NCBI GenBank assembly: GCA_023411265.1
Contig: JAEYOX010000020.1
Location: 4,162 to 68,161, forward strand
Direction: 5' to 3'
Source of the DNA: Bacteroidota bacterium
GTDB lineage: Bacteria; Bacteroidota; Bacteroidia; Flavobacteriales; Weeksellaceae
Length of the DNA: 64,000 nt
Under the pieces are notes generated by a model, which worked only from the letters and a program-made list of their open reading frames with translations, was not told the origin of the DNA and did not search any database. Both the position numbers and the translations under genes were made by a program. Shown here one piece after another: positions 28,298 to 37,086 of this stretch; positions within the stretch are counted from its first letter, which is position 1, and each line of letters begins with the position of its first letter.

Positions 28298-29401
28298 TCA
28301 GAGACTGTATGGAGGGACTATAGAAACCAAAGTTCTATCCAAAGAGATAAAAAATTTCTCACCGGGAATTCCAACGATACAGTAAAAATGAGCAAGGGGT
28401 TCTCCCAGCTGCTCCCGTATTTTTTTATTGAGACGCGATTTATTATAGGCGAAATTACCATCAATATTATCTACAAGCTTTTGAATATTTTCTCGCCTTG
28501 CTTTAATTCTCATCTGGTCATACAAGGTGAAAAGTTCATTTTCATGAACGTCCAGTTCGGCTATGCGCACGCCTTCAGGATGCAAAAGAAAGAAAATTAA
28601 GATGGTTTTTTCCATTGGTGTTAAGTTCAGTTCCTGATCACCGACTTTAATGACGTTCCTGCCGGTGACGGTAATATTTTTTGGCTTAATATTTCCTGAA
28701 AATCCTTGTGAAAACTTCAATTGAGAGCGGATCTTCTCAAAAATCGAAATACACTGCATGGTGATGCCGGAATCAACACCATAATCGTCCAGGCGCTGAA
28801 TACAGGAAGAACACAGATCATCGGTTCTCAACTTTAAGATTATCTGAGTTTTATTTTCACAAAAATCGTTCATACAACCTATCGGATCCATATGAAAGTT
28901 GGTTTCCATACTTTGGGAAAGATCAAATTTCATCAGGATTCTAAGGACATTGGCCACCACTTCATAAGCAACTGGAAAGCATTCTGAAGCTTTGAGGAAA
29001 ACCTCCCAGTCTGATGACTGTACGAAAGCATTTCTTTGTCCGTCAGTATCGAACATGCTGAAATAATTCATCGAGTTTCTGCGGTTGGTTATAATTATAA
29101 CAAAGTCATCGGGAGGAATTTCCTGTGAAATTCTTGCCTGCTGACAAAGGAAAAACAACTCGCGCCAACTTAAAGGATAGTTCCTGGCTGACTGATAATG
29201 CTGAACCTTATCCGCAGATGCCAATAAAAATCTAAAATCAGAACGGTAGTGTTGCTGATTTACCTGTTGGAGGTGCAGGACATCCCACTCCACGTCCCGC
29301 ACTCTGAACTCTACAGGAGCCGAAACACCTTTCAGAACTTCCTCTACTTCATTCATCGCCTGTGGATGAACCTCCGGGGTGGATATTAAATGAACTTTCA
29401 A
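28298..29401 (-). CDS. Hypothetical protein: unassigned N-domain, Cys4 motif, OmpR/CadC-like winged-helix C-terminus
   Basis: 367-aa ORF starting at a TTG (alternative ATG at 29356). The Cys4 motif is GCMNDFC...(17 aa)...CSSC. The C-terminal LTPMEKTILIFFLLHPEGVRIAEL...SRLNKKIREQLG resembles a trans_reg_C wHTH. There is no receiver domain or TM segment. Confidence 0.55.
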   Translation of the reverse strand: MKVHLISTPEVHPQAMNEVEEVLKGVSAPVEFRVRDVEWDVLHLQQVNQQHYRSDFRFLLASADKVQHYQSARNYPLSWRELFFLCQQARISQEIPPDDFVIIITNRRNSMNYFSMFDTDGQRNAFVQSSDWEVFLKASECFPVAYEVVANVLRILMKFDLSQSMETNFHMDPIGCMNDFCENKTQIILKLRTDDLCSSCIQRLDDYGVDSGITMQCISIFEKIRSQLKFSQGFSGNIKPKNITVTGRNVIKVGDQELNLTPMEKTILIFFLLHPEGVRIAELDVHENELFTLYDQMRIKARRENIQKLVDNIDGNFAYNKSRLNKKIREQLGEPLAHFYCIVGIPGEKFFISLDRTLVSIVPPYSL

Positions 29402-29571
29402 GATAAATAAGATATTTTAGAGAATAGTCTATTTGTATACTGAATCTTATATTTCACACGAAAAATTACCTCCATTTTGAATATATAATTGAAAACCTGA
29501 TTATCTGGTAAGAGCAAAACTAATTAAAGATTTTTAATTGGCGATACAACAGCACTGATTAATACTATCTG

Positions 29572-30387
29572 CTATTTCAAAACAAACCGCTCCTGAAACT
29601 GCAGCATAATATCTACAAAAGGCATAGGCAGACGCATCAGAGTAAATTCTATAATATCGCGAGGAATTTCTTGGTAATATGCCATGGCAAATGCTCCTGA
29701 CAGGGAGGCCATTGCTTCCGGATTGATCCCGATCTCTAGCGCATTAAGGATGGCGTGTTCATACGAATCACTTTCCATAAATGCTTGGAAAGCCAGAGGC
29801 GCAATAAATTGAGCATGAAGGGGATTTTTGAAGCGTTTTATTAGCTTTTCAAGAGTCTGCGTATGACGGTATTCGGGAATTTCTTTATCGAGTATTTCTT
29901 TGATATCGTTTTTTCTATATCCACACGTACACAGATAGAGAGCCGTCGTAATAAAACGGGCCGCACTGATTGAACCACCATCGTTCTTTGTGGCATCCAG
30001 TACCGTTCGGGAAACCTCTTTCAGATCTTTAAAATTTTTAGCTACATAAGAAACCGGTACAAATCTCGATAAAACCGGTTTGCTATAGATATTCAATGTA
30101 TAAGAATAACCTCCAATCAGAAAATCTAATAAGGGGGAATTGAACTTTGTGCTGGCATAGGTACTAAAATAGTTACAAAGACGATTCCTAATAGAACTTT
30201 CAGTAAGCATCGCATCTGCAACTGCAACTGCAAAAAGGGTTTCATCTGTAAAAGTGGAATTTTCCCTAATAACAACGGTAACTTTTTCCTCGGGAAATTG
30301 AGGTACATAAGCTGCGCCCAGAACGTCGCCCGCAATACAGCCTACTAAAATGTTTTTTCTAAAATGCATCATTATTTTTTTTATCAT
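29572..30387 (-). CDS. ADP-ribosylglycohydrolase (ARH/DraG) family-like protein with degenerate C-terminal metal-binding motif
   Basis: GCIAGDVLGAAY and FTDETL match the N-terminal ARH motifs GDALG and TDDT. At the position of the GGDxDT motif the sequence reads EIGINPEAMASLSGAFAMAYY. The start is uncertain, with ATGs at 30387, 30372 and 30369. The track start at 30495 overlaps the divergent tRNA promoter. Confidence 0.65.
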   Translation of the reverse strand: MIKKIMMHFRKNILVGCIAGDVLGAAYVPQFPEEKVTVVIRENSTFTDETLFAVAVADAMLTESSIRNRLCNYFSTYASTKFNSPLLDFLIGGYSYTLNIYSKPVLSRFVPVSYVAKNFKDLKEVSRTVLDATKNDGGSISAARFITTALYLCTCGYRKNDIKEILDKEIPEYRHTQTLEKLIKRFKNPLHAQFIAPLAFQAFMESDSYEHAILNALEIGINPEAMASLSGAFAMAYYQEIPRDIIEFTLMRLPMPFVDIMLQFQERFVLK

Positions 30388-30488
30388 AAAGACCCAAGCA
30401 GCAAATGTGCCTTTCGCGAATATTGCAAGGTTGCAGACATCGAATGAACCAGCCCGCCCATGTGTAAAAGAAAATACCTTTAAAATAT

Positions 30489-30519
30489 TTTGCAAAATCG
30501 CTGAAGAGTTTTATATTTG
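30489..30519 (+). promoter_or_regulatory. Bacteroidetes promoter (-33 TTTG, 19-nt spacer, -7 TAtaTTTG) for the tRNA locus
   Basis: TTTG lies at 30489-30492 and TATATTTG at 30512-30519. The pseudo-tRNA starts about 25 nt downstream. Confidence 0.5.
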
Positions 30520-30544
30520 CACCACTGAAAACGAAACACCGGCT

Positions 30545-30628
30545 TTTAGGAATGGCAGAGTGGCGATAGCGCTCTCGTATTAAAAATCGAGTTTGACTGG
30601 TAACAGTATCGGGAGACCGAATTACATA
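30545..30628 (+). pseudogene. Truncated, degenerate class-II tRNA (tRNA-Ser-like) fragment
   Basis: It shares the D-arm (AATGGCAGAGTGG) and long variable arm (TTGACTGGTAACAG) with the adjacent tRNA-Ser. The anticodon stem is CTCG/CGAG with an oversized 10-nt loop. The T-arm has no 3' half (GGGAGACCGAAT then TACAT), and no acceptor 3' strand is present. Confidence 0.45.
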
Positions 30629-30630
30629 TT

Positions 30631-30715
30631 GGAGAAATGGCAGAGTGGTCGATTGCGGCAGTCTTGAAAACTGTTGACTGTAACAGGTCCGGGGGTTCGA
30701 ATCCCTCTTTCTCCG
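30631..30715 (+). tRNA. tRNA-Ser (anticodon UGA)
   Basis: I folded the cloverleaf by hand. The acceptor is GGAGAAA/TTTCTCC and the D-loop contains GG. The anticodon loop CTTGAAA places TGA at 30665-30667. A long variable arm is present, the T-arm is GGGGG-TTCGAAT-CCCTC and the discriminator is G. CCA is not encoded. Confidence 0.9.
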
Positions 30716-30726
30716 CATATATTAAT

Positions 30727-30748
30727 CCCGCAAGCGCGGGATTTTTTT
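30727..30748 (+). terminator. Rho-independent terminator after tRNA-Ser
   Basis: CCCGC-AAGC-GCGGG is followed by ATTTTTTT. Confidence 0.7.
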
Positions 30749-30749
30749 G

Positions 30750-30757
30750 TATTTTTG
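30750..30757 (+). promoter_or_regulatory. -7 element TAttTTTG upstream of rsmB-like gene
   Basis: The consensus match ends 4 nt before the ATG at 30762. Confidence 0.4.
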
Positions 30758-30761
30758 CATC

Positions 30762-31967
30762 ATGGAATTGATTCACCGAAATTTACTGATAGGAATCCAC
30801 GATGCTCTGCAGGAAACCTTTTTTGAGAAAAATAAATATGCAGATAAAGTCATCGAACGCCTGCTAAAAGCACATAAAAAATGGGGCAGCCAGGATCGGG
30901 CTTTGGTATCCGAAATCTTTTATAATATCATCCGGTGGAAAAAACGCCTCGAATACTACATGGGCGAAGGGGTAAAACCCGGCAATATCTATAAGCTCAT
31001 CCTCGCCTACCTGCTGTGGAGTAAAACCAAATATAAAAAATTTGAAGAATTTGACGGGATCAAAACCGCCGATATTCTGAAAAAACTGGAGAAAAAAACC
31101 TTCCCTTCCAAATCTATTCAGCACTCGATACCGGAATGGCTGGCCGAGACCATGGAAAAAGAATTGGGAGCCGGTTGGGAGAAGGAAATGGTAGCCCTGA
31201 ATGACCAGGCGCCCACAGTCCTCCGCGCCAATACCCTGAAAACCTCTGTAAGGGAACTCGTCAATGAACTTCGCGAAGAACAGGTGGAAAGTTTCCCGCT
31301 AAAAAAACATCCCGATGCAGTTCAGCTGGAAGAAAAAAAGAATGTATTCCTTACCTCAGCATTTAAAGACGGTCTTTTTGAAGTGCAGGATGCCAGTTCC
31401 CAGAAAATCGGGGAAATGCTGGATGTCCAGGAAGGAATGCGCGTGGTGGATGCCTGTGCAGGAGCGGGAGGAAAGACCCTTCATCTTGCCGCATTAATGA
31501 AAAATAAAGGCCAGATTATTGCCCTGGATATCTATAACTGGAAACTGGCAGAACTAAAGCGCCGGGCCAAAAGAGCCGGAGCACACAATATTGAAACCCG
31601 CTTTATAGAGGACAACAAAGTCATCAAAAGGCTACACGGTAAAGCAGACCGTCTGTTAATAGATGCTCCCTGCTCTGGACTAGGCGTATTGAAAAGAAAC
31701 CCCGACAGTAAATGGAAAATTGACCAGGATTTCATCGACAGAATAAAGAAAGAACAGCAGCAGATTCTTCAGGATTATTCCAAGATGCTGAAAATAGGAG
31801 GTAAAATGGTGTATGCCACCTGCTCTGTACTTCCTTCAGAAAACAATGGACAAGTAGCTCTTTTCTTGGAAAACAATCCGGGATACGCACTCATCCGTGA
31901 AGAAAACATTATGCCGAGTGAAGGCTACGACGGGTTTTATATGGCTCTTATCGAAAGAAAAGAATAA
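30762..31967 (+). CDS. rsmB: RsmB/NOP-family 16S rRNA m5C methyltransferase
   Basis: It has a NusB-like N-terminal domain, the SAM motif [10 protein letters not shown], and the catalytic motifs DAPCSGLGV and YATCS. Confidence 0.8.
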   Translation: MELIHRNLLIGIHDALQETFFEKNKYADKVIERLLKAHKKWGSQDRALVSEIFYNIIRWKKRLEYYMGEGVKPGNIYKLILAYLLWSKTKYKKFEEFDGIKTADILKKLEKKTFPSKSIQHSIPEWLAETMEKELGAGWEKEMVALNDQAPTVLRANTLKTSVRELVNELREEQVESFPLKKHPDAVQLEEKKNVFLTSAFKDGLFEVQDASSQKIGEMLDVQEGMRVVDACAGAGGKTLHLAALMKNKGQIIALDIYNWKLAELKRRAKRAGAHNIETRFIEDNKVIKRLHGKADRLLIDAPCSGLGVLKRNPDSKWKIDQDFIDRIKKEQQQILQDYSKMLKIGGKMVYATCSVLPSENNGQVALFLENNPGYALIREENIMPSEGYDGFYMALIERKE

Positions 31968-32121
31968 AATCTTATCCCGTAAATTCACAATACTGAAAAC
32001 CCGGATTCTCTATGTGTTTTGTTGGAAATTTCCATAAATAATAATTTCAATTTTAACATTTCCCTTTCAAAAATATCCAATAAATAACTATATTTGAACA
32101 ATGATAAAATATTCTTAAAAA

Positions 32122-32940
32122 ATGAAAAGAAAAATATCTCTATTATTTGCTGTATTATTCGCCTTTAGCTTTTCTTTTGCTCAGAAAAATAAATTTGAAA
32201 ATGTAATGAATTCCAGAAAACTGGGTGTTTCTTATAAAAATGTAAAATCTAAAGATAAAGAAGATTTCTATCAGCAATATTATTGGCTCACCCGAATGGA
32301 ACAGCTAAAATCGTACCCCCATCTGGAAGGCATCAGGCCGAAAGTACTATATTCTTTTATTAAAGAAATTACTCCTCAGATTCCAACCAAAACCCTATCA
32401 GAAGAAAATAAGAAATACAGGGCAGAAGCAGAACTTTCTCTGGATCAGTACATTAAAAACAAAGATTGGAATAATCCCATCATGGCACTGAATCTGGAAA
32501 CCTATGTGGATCCTCAGAATGAAAAATATTTCTCGGTCGTCAAACCGGAAAGAATAGTGACTCTGCTACCGAAGCGGCTTTACTCTTTCACTTCGGAGAA
32601 TGTGATAACCTCTGAAGATAAAATTTACTATCTGTGGATTAATGACAGAGACCATAAAATTGTAGATATTGTTCCTGATGAGAAGAAAAATCCTGATTTC
32701 TACAGGCTACTTCGGGAGATTTTGCCTGAGTATAAGTTCCCCAATTTTGTTCCAGAAGAGGCTAGAATGGGCGATAGAAAAGTGAAGAGCGATGCTGATT
32801 ATATTTATATCAGAGCTTTTCAGATAGGATCCGATAATATCGAATACAAAACCTTAGACTTTGAAAATTTCATCTTTGTGAGGTACAAAAAAGATGGTGG
32901 TCCATGGACGGATGTGGAACACCGCCCAAGAAAATATTAA
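32122..32940 (+). CDS. Hypothetical secreted protein
   Basis: 272 aa with a signal peptide (MKRKISLLFAVLFAFSFSFAQ). I recognise no family. A TAtaTTTG box lies at about 32089-32096. Confidence 0.45.
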   Translation: MKRKISLLFAVLFAFSFSFAQKNKFENVMNSRKLGVSYKNVKSKDKEDFYQQYYWLTRMEQLKSYPHLEGIRPKVLYSFIKEITPQIPTKTLSEENKKYRAEAELSLDQYIKNKDWNNPIMALNLETYVDPQNEKYFSVVKPERIVTLLPKRLYSFTSENVITSEDKIYYLWINDRDHKIVDIVPDEKKNPDFYRLLREILPEYKFPNFVPEEARMGDRKVKSDADYIYIRAFQIGSDNIEYKTLDFENFIFVRYKKDGGPWTDVEHRPRKY

Positions 32941-32943
32941 TCT

Positions 32944-32970
32944 AAAAACCTGCTTCTGGCAGGTTTTTTT
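32944..32970 (+). terminator. Rho-independent terminator
   Basis: AAAAACCTGC-TTCTG-GCAGGTTTTTTT. Confidence 0.75.
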
Positions 32971-33006
32971 CTGCTCATTCTTTTTCATTTATTTACGCTT
33001 AATGAA

Positions 33007-34407
33007 ATGCAGACAGACACGCGTCAGATCAACAACAAAATAAAAAAAATTCTTCCGATCATCATGGCAACATCTATTTTCATGCAGATGTTGGATTCCA
33101 CAATTCTTAATACCGCACTCCCCTCTATTGCAGAAAGCCTGAACGAATCTCCTCTAGACATGCAGAACGCCATCATAAGTTATGTACTCACCTTAGCCCT
33201 GTTCATGCCAGCCAGCGGATTTTTAGCGGACAAATTCGGAACCAGAAAAACTTTCATTCTTTCTCTGATGCTTTTCAGCATGGGTTCTGTGTTCTGTTCC
33301 CTTTCTCAGGATCTCACGCAATTAGTGATTTCTAGAGTTGTACAGGGGCTCGGTGGCGCGCTCATGACACCTGTTGGCAAACTTGCCATGATTAAAACCT
33401 ATAAAAAAAAGGAATTGGTAAAAGCCCTGAATTATGCCATCATACCTGCGCTTATCGGGCCGGTGCTGGGTCCATTAGTGGGCGGCTATTTCGTAGATTA
33501 TTTATCTTGGCACTGGATTTTTATCATCAATATTCCTTTTGGAATTGCCGGAATTATTTTGGGAATGAAATATATGCCCAATTATCATTCAGGCGAAACA
33601 CATTTTGACCTGAAGGGATTTCTGATCTTCGCTGCTGCTTCCCTCCTGCTTTCTGTGGCACTAGAATTATTTGGAAATACCCAGAATATTACCCCTATTC
33701 TTATGATATTTATTTTGGGTTTCCTGCTGCTTTATTTCTATTATCGTCACGCTCAAAAAACCACCAATCCACTGTTTCCGCTGAATCTCTTTCAGGTGCG
33801 AACGTTCAGGGTTGGCATTGTTGGAAACATGCTAACGCGTCTTGGCATCAGTTCCGTTCCGCTTTTGTTACCATTAATGATTCAGGTGGCCTACGGTGGC
33901 TCTGCAGTAATCTCTGGTTGGATTATTGCACCGATGGCTCTCACTGCAATGTTTGGAAAAAATTATGTAATCGGAATTCTGAACAGATTTGGCTATCGGA
34001 AAACGCTGTACTATAACACCATCGTTTTGGGTCTTCTTATCATGTTGGTGGCCGTGCCCGGAATTGAAGATTCACTTTATTGGTTTGTACCCATTATCGC
34101 TCTTATGGGATTTTTCAATTCTATACAATTTACCGCAATGAACACGATTTCTATTGCAGACCTCAGAAGTTTCCATACCAGCAGCGGCAACTCTCTTTTA
34201 TCGGTTAATCAGCAACTTGCTGTGGGATTTGGAATCTCGTTGGGATTATTGATTCTTAATATCTTTGAATCCCAAACTCACTTTATTTCAGGGGAAATTC
34301 ACAATGCTTTCCGTTATACTTTCCTCACTATCGGATTGCTGACTATATTCTCCAGCAATGTATTCAAAAGACTTCATATTGCTGACGGAAATAATATGAC
34401 AACGTAA
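33007..34407 (+). CDS. MFS transporter, DHA2 (14-TM drug:H+ antiporter) family
   Basis: 466 aa with about 14 TM segments and the motifs LDSTILNTALPSI and GFLADKFGTRK. Confidence 0.85.
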   Translation: MQTDTRQINNKIKKILPIIMATSIFMQMLDSTILNTALPSIAESLNESPLDMQNAIISYVLTLALFMPASGFLADKFGTRKTFILSLMLFSMGSVFCSLSQDLTQLVISRVVQGLGGALMTPVGKLAMIKTYKKKELVKALNYAIIPALIGPVLGPLVGGYFVDYLSWHWIFIINIPFGIAGIILGMKYMPNYHSGETHFDLKGFLIFAAASLLLSVALELFGNTQNITPILMIFILGFLLLYFYYRHAQKTTNPLFPLNLFQVRTFRVGIVGNMLTRLGISSVPLLLPLMIQVAYGGSAVISGWIIAPMALTAMFGKNYVIGILNRFGYRKTLYYNTIVLGLLIMLVAVPGIEDSLYWFVPIIALMGFFNSIQFTAMNTISIADLRSFHTSSGNSLLSVNQQLAVGFGISLGLLILNIFESQTHFISGEIHNAFRYTFLTIGLLTIFSSNVFKRLHIADGNNMTT

Positions 34408-34533
34408 GTTATTTAAATTTTACTTAATTTTATGAATAAGTAGACCACTGTTATTTTTATTATCTATAACAATTACGTTCCTATTGTAAAAAATCTGAAT
34501 ACCTTAGCTACATCATTTTAATAAAATACGACT

Positions 34534-36042
34534 ATGGACAAGAAAAAACTGACACGCCAGACCGGCGCACCTGTACCTGATAATCAAAATGCGATGACTG
34601 CCGGGCCGCGTGGCCCCATGTTGATGCAGGATTTTTGGTTTCTGGAAAAAATGGCCAATTTCGACAGGGAAGTCATCCCTGAAAGAAGAATGCACGCCAA
34701 AGGTTCCGGAGCATTCGGAACGTTTACCGTGACTCACGACATTACTCCTTTCACAAAAGCCAATATCTTCAGTGAAATAGGAAAAAAAACAGAAATGTTT
34801 GCCCGCTTCTCTACTGTTGCCGGAGAAAGAGGTGCTGCAGATGCGGAAAGAGACATCAGAGGTTTCGCACTAAAATTTTATACCGACGAAGGCATTTGGG
34901 ATCTGGTAGGAAATAATACGCCCGTATTCTTCTTCCGTGATCCCATGAAATTTCCCGACCTGAATCACGCCGTAAAGCGAGATCCGAAAACCAATATGCG
35001 AAGTGCCAACAATAACTGGGATTTCTGGACATTGTTGCCCGAATCATTACATCAGGTTACAATAATTATGAGCGACCGTGGAATTCCTAAAGGATACCGC
35101 CACATGCACGGTTTCGGAAGCCACACCTACAGTTTCATTAATAAAGACAATATAAGACATTGGGTGAAATTTCATTTCAGAACTCAGCAGGGTATAGAAA
35201 ATCTGAGCAATGAAGAGGCTGCCGCCATCATTGGGCACGACAGAGAATCTTCACAACGCGACCTTTTCGATGCAATTGAAAGAGGCGATTTTCCAAAATG
35301 GAAACTATACGTGCAGATCATGACAGAAGAACAGGCAAAAGCCTACCGCTTTCATCCTTTCGATCTTACCAAAGTGTGGTCTAAGAAAGATTTTCCTTTG
35401 ATTCCCGTTGGTGAATTTGAATTGAACAAAAATCCTGAAAATTATTTTGCCGATGTGGAACAGGCTGCTTTTAATCCTACGAATATTGTTCCCGGAATCG
35501 GTTTCTCGCCGGATAAAATGCTTCAAGGACGGCTCTTTTCCTATGGGGATGCCCAACGTTACCGTTTAGGAGTGAACCATTTCCAGATTCCTGTGAACAA
35601 ACCCCGATGCCCTTATCACGCATTCCACAGGGATGGTGCTATGCGTATAGATGGAAATTATGGAGATACTTTGCATTATAATCCGAACAGTTACGGTGAA
35701 TGGGAGGAACAGCCTGAATCAAAAGAACCGCCGCTGGAACTGGAAGGAACGGCCTATGCGCATAATTTCCGAGATGATGATGAGGATTATTACACCCAGC
35801 CGGGCGATCTTTTCCGAATCATAAAAGCAGACGGCAAAGCGGAAATCCTTTTCCGAAATACTGCAGCGGAAGTTGGTGCTGCTGAAAAATTCATCCAGAT
35901 CCGTCACATCCGAAACTGCTACAGGGCAGATGCCGAATACGGCGAGGGTGTGGCAAGAGCGTTGGGAATGACCATGGAGGAAGTAAACGGTTTTGATATG
36001 AGTCCGTACAACAGATGGGCACCCCGACCGTCCCACGGATAA
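34534..36042 (+). CDS. Monofunctional heme catalase
   Basis: It has [20 protein letters not shown] (distal His region) and [14 protein letters not shown] (proximal Tyr region). 502 aa. Confidence 0.95.
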   Translation: MDKKKLTRQTGAPVPDNQNAMTAGPRGPMLMQDFWFLEKMANFDREVIPERRMHAKGSGAFGTFTVTHDITPFTKANIFSEIGKKTEMFARFSTVAGERGAADAERDIRGFALKFYTDEGIWDLVGNNTPVFFFRDPMKFPDLNHAVKRDPKTNMRSANNNWDFWTLLPESLHQVTIIMSDRGIPKGYRHMHGFGSHTYSFINKDNIRHWVKFHFRTQQGIENLSNEEAAAIIGHDRESSQRDLFDAIERGDFPKWKLYVQIMTEEQAKAYRFHPFDLTKVWSKKDFPLIPVGEFELNKNPENYFADVEQAAFNPTNIVPGIGFSPDKMLQGRLFSYGDAQRYRLGVNHFQIPVNKPRCPYHAFHRDGAMRIDGNYGDTLHYNPNSYGEWEEQPESKEPPLELEGTAYAHNFRDDDEDYYTQPGDLFRIIKADGKAEILFRNTAAEVGAAEKFIQIRHIRNCYRADAEYGEGVARALGMTMEEVNGFDMSPYNRWAPRPSHG

Positions 36043-36067
36043 TCCAGTTTATAAATAATGAATAGAA

Positions 36068-36095
36068 GAAAAACCCCGAACATTCGGGGTTTTTC
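36068..36095. terminator. Bidirectional rho-independent terminator
   Basis: AAAAACCCCGAA-CA-TTCGGGGTTTTT lies between convergent catalase and fmt. Confidence 0.8.
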
Positions 36096-36097
36096 TG

Positions 36098-37054
36098 TTA
36101 GGGCGTTGGGAGAAGATGAATGTGATCGTACTTTTGAAATCCGTTAAGGAAATCTTTCGTCTGCATTCTTTTCTTCCCTTCCAGCTGCACTTCATCGGGA
36201 TAATAAATGCCATCCTGTGTATAAATCTTAAAAGTAGTTTTGCTGATTTCCAAAGTGGCAGGAGCATGTGAATGGGAGACTAATTCTTTTCGACCGGAAT
36301 AGATCTTGAGCTGTTTCTCCTCCTCCCCGATTTTCAAAATGGTAAAAGCACACGGATGGGGAGACATCCCCCGGATGAAATTATACACTTTGTCTGTTTC
36401 CTGATCCCATTGGATTCTCGTATCTTCCTTAAATATTTTGAAAGCATTTTTAGGTTGTAAAGCCTCCGGTTGTGGTATTGCCGAAAGAGTTTCTTGTGAA
36501 AGTCCGTTGAGCGTTTTTACCACCAACTCCGCACCTTTGTGCATCAGTCTGTCGTGTAGAGATCCTGCATTTTCATCAGGTAAAATAGAAACTGTTTCCT
36601 GAAGCAAAATACTTCCCTCATCTATTTTTTCATTAATAAAAAAGGTGGTAAGTCCAGTGGTTTCCTCCCCGTTAATCACCGCATAATTAATGGGTGCTGC
36701 ACCGCGGTAGTCCGGAAGCAGCGAAGCGTGAAGGTTGAAGGTTCCCAAGCTAGGAATTTCAAAGAGAACTTGAGGCATCATCCGGAACGCTACCACTACA
36801 AACACGTCTGCATTCAGGGATTTCATTTGTTGAAGAAACTCGGGATCTTTCAATTTTTCCGGCTGGAAAATAGGTAAACGTTGTTGTTCAGCATACATTT
36901 TAACCGGAGACTGTTGAATTTTCTGCCCCCTACCGCTGGCTTTATCAGGCACTGTAACCACACCTGCTATTTTATGAGGTGAAATGTGTATCGCTTCCAA
37001 AGATGTTTTTGCAAACTCTGGTGTTCCGAAAAATACGATATTTAATGGCTTCAT
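36098..37054 (-). CDS. fmt: Methionyl-tRNA formyltransferase
   Basis: It has FFGTPEFA and HASLLPDYRGAAPINYAVINGE. 318 aa. Confidence 0.9.
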   Translation of the reverse strand: MKPLNIVFFGTPEFAKTSLEAIHISPHKIAGVVTVPDKASGRGQKIQQSPVKMYAEQQRLPIFQPEKLKDPEFLQQMKSLNADVFVVVAFRMMPQVLFEIPSLGTFNLHASLLPDYRGAAPINYAVINGEETTGLTTFFINEKIDEGSILLQETVSILPDENAGSLHDRLMHKGAELVVKTLNGLSQETLSAIPQPEALQPKNAFKIFKEDTRIQWDQETDKVYNFIRGMSPHPCAFTILKIGEEEKQLKIYSGRKELVSHSHAPATLEISKTTFKIYTQDGIYYPDEVQLEGKKRMQTKDFLNGFQKYDHIHLLPTP

Positions 37055-37086
37055 GCTGCAAATATAACATCATTTTAAAGAATATT

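Noticed and set aside
30359-30776. Minus-strand track ORFs 30359..30718 and 30546..30776.
   Set aside because: They run antisense across the tRNA-Ser gene, the pseudo-tRNA, the tRNA promoter and its terminator, so they are artefacts of an open frame over RNA genes.
34408-34533. A possible PerR/OxyR operator upstream of the catalase gene.
   Set aside because: I found no convincing palindrome matching known peroxide-regulator boxes, only AT-rich sequence.
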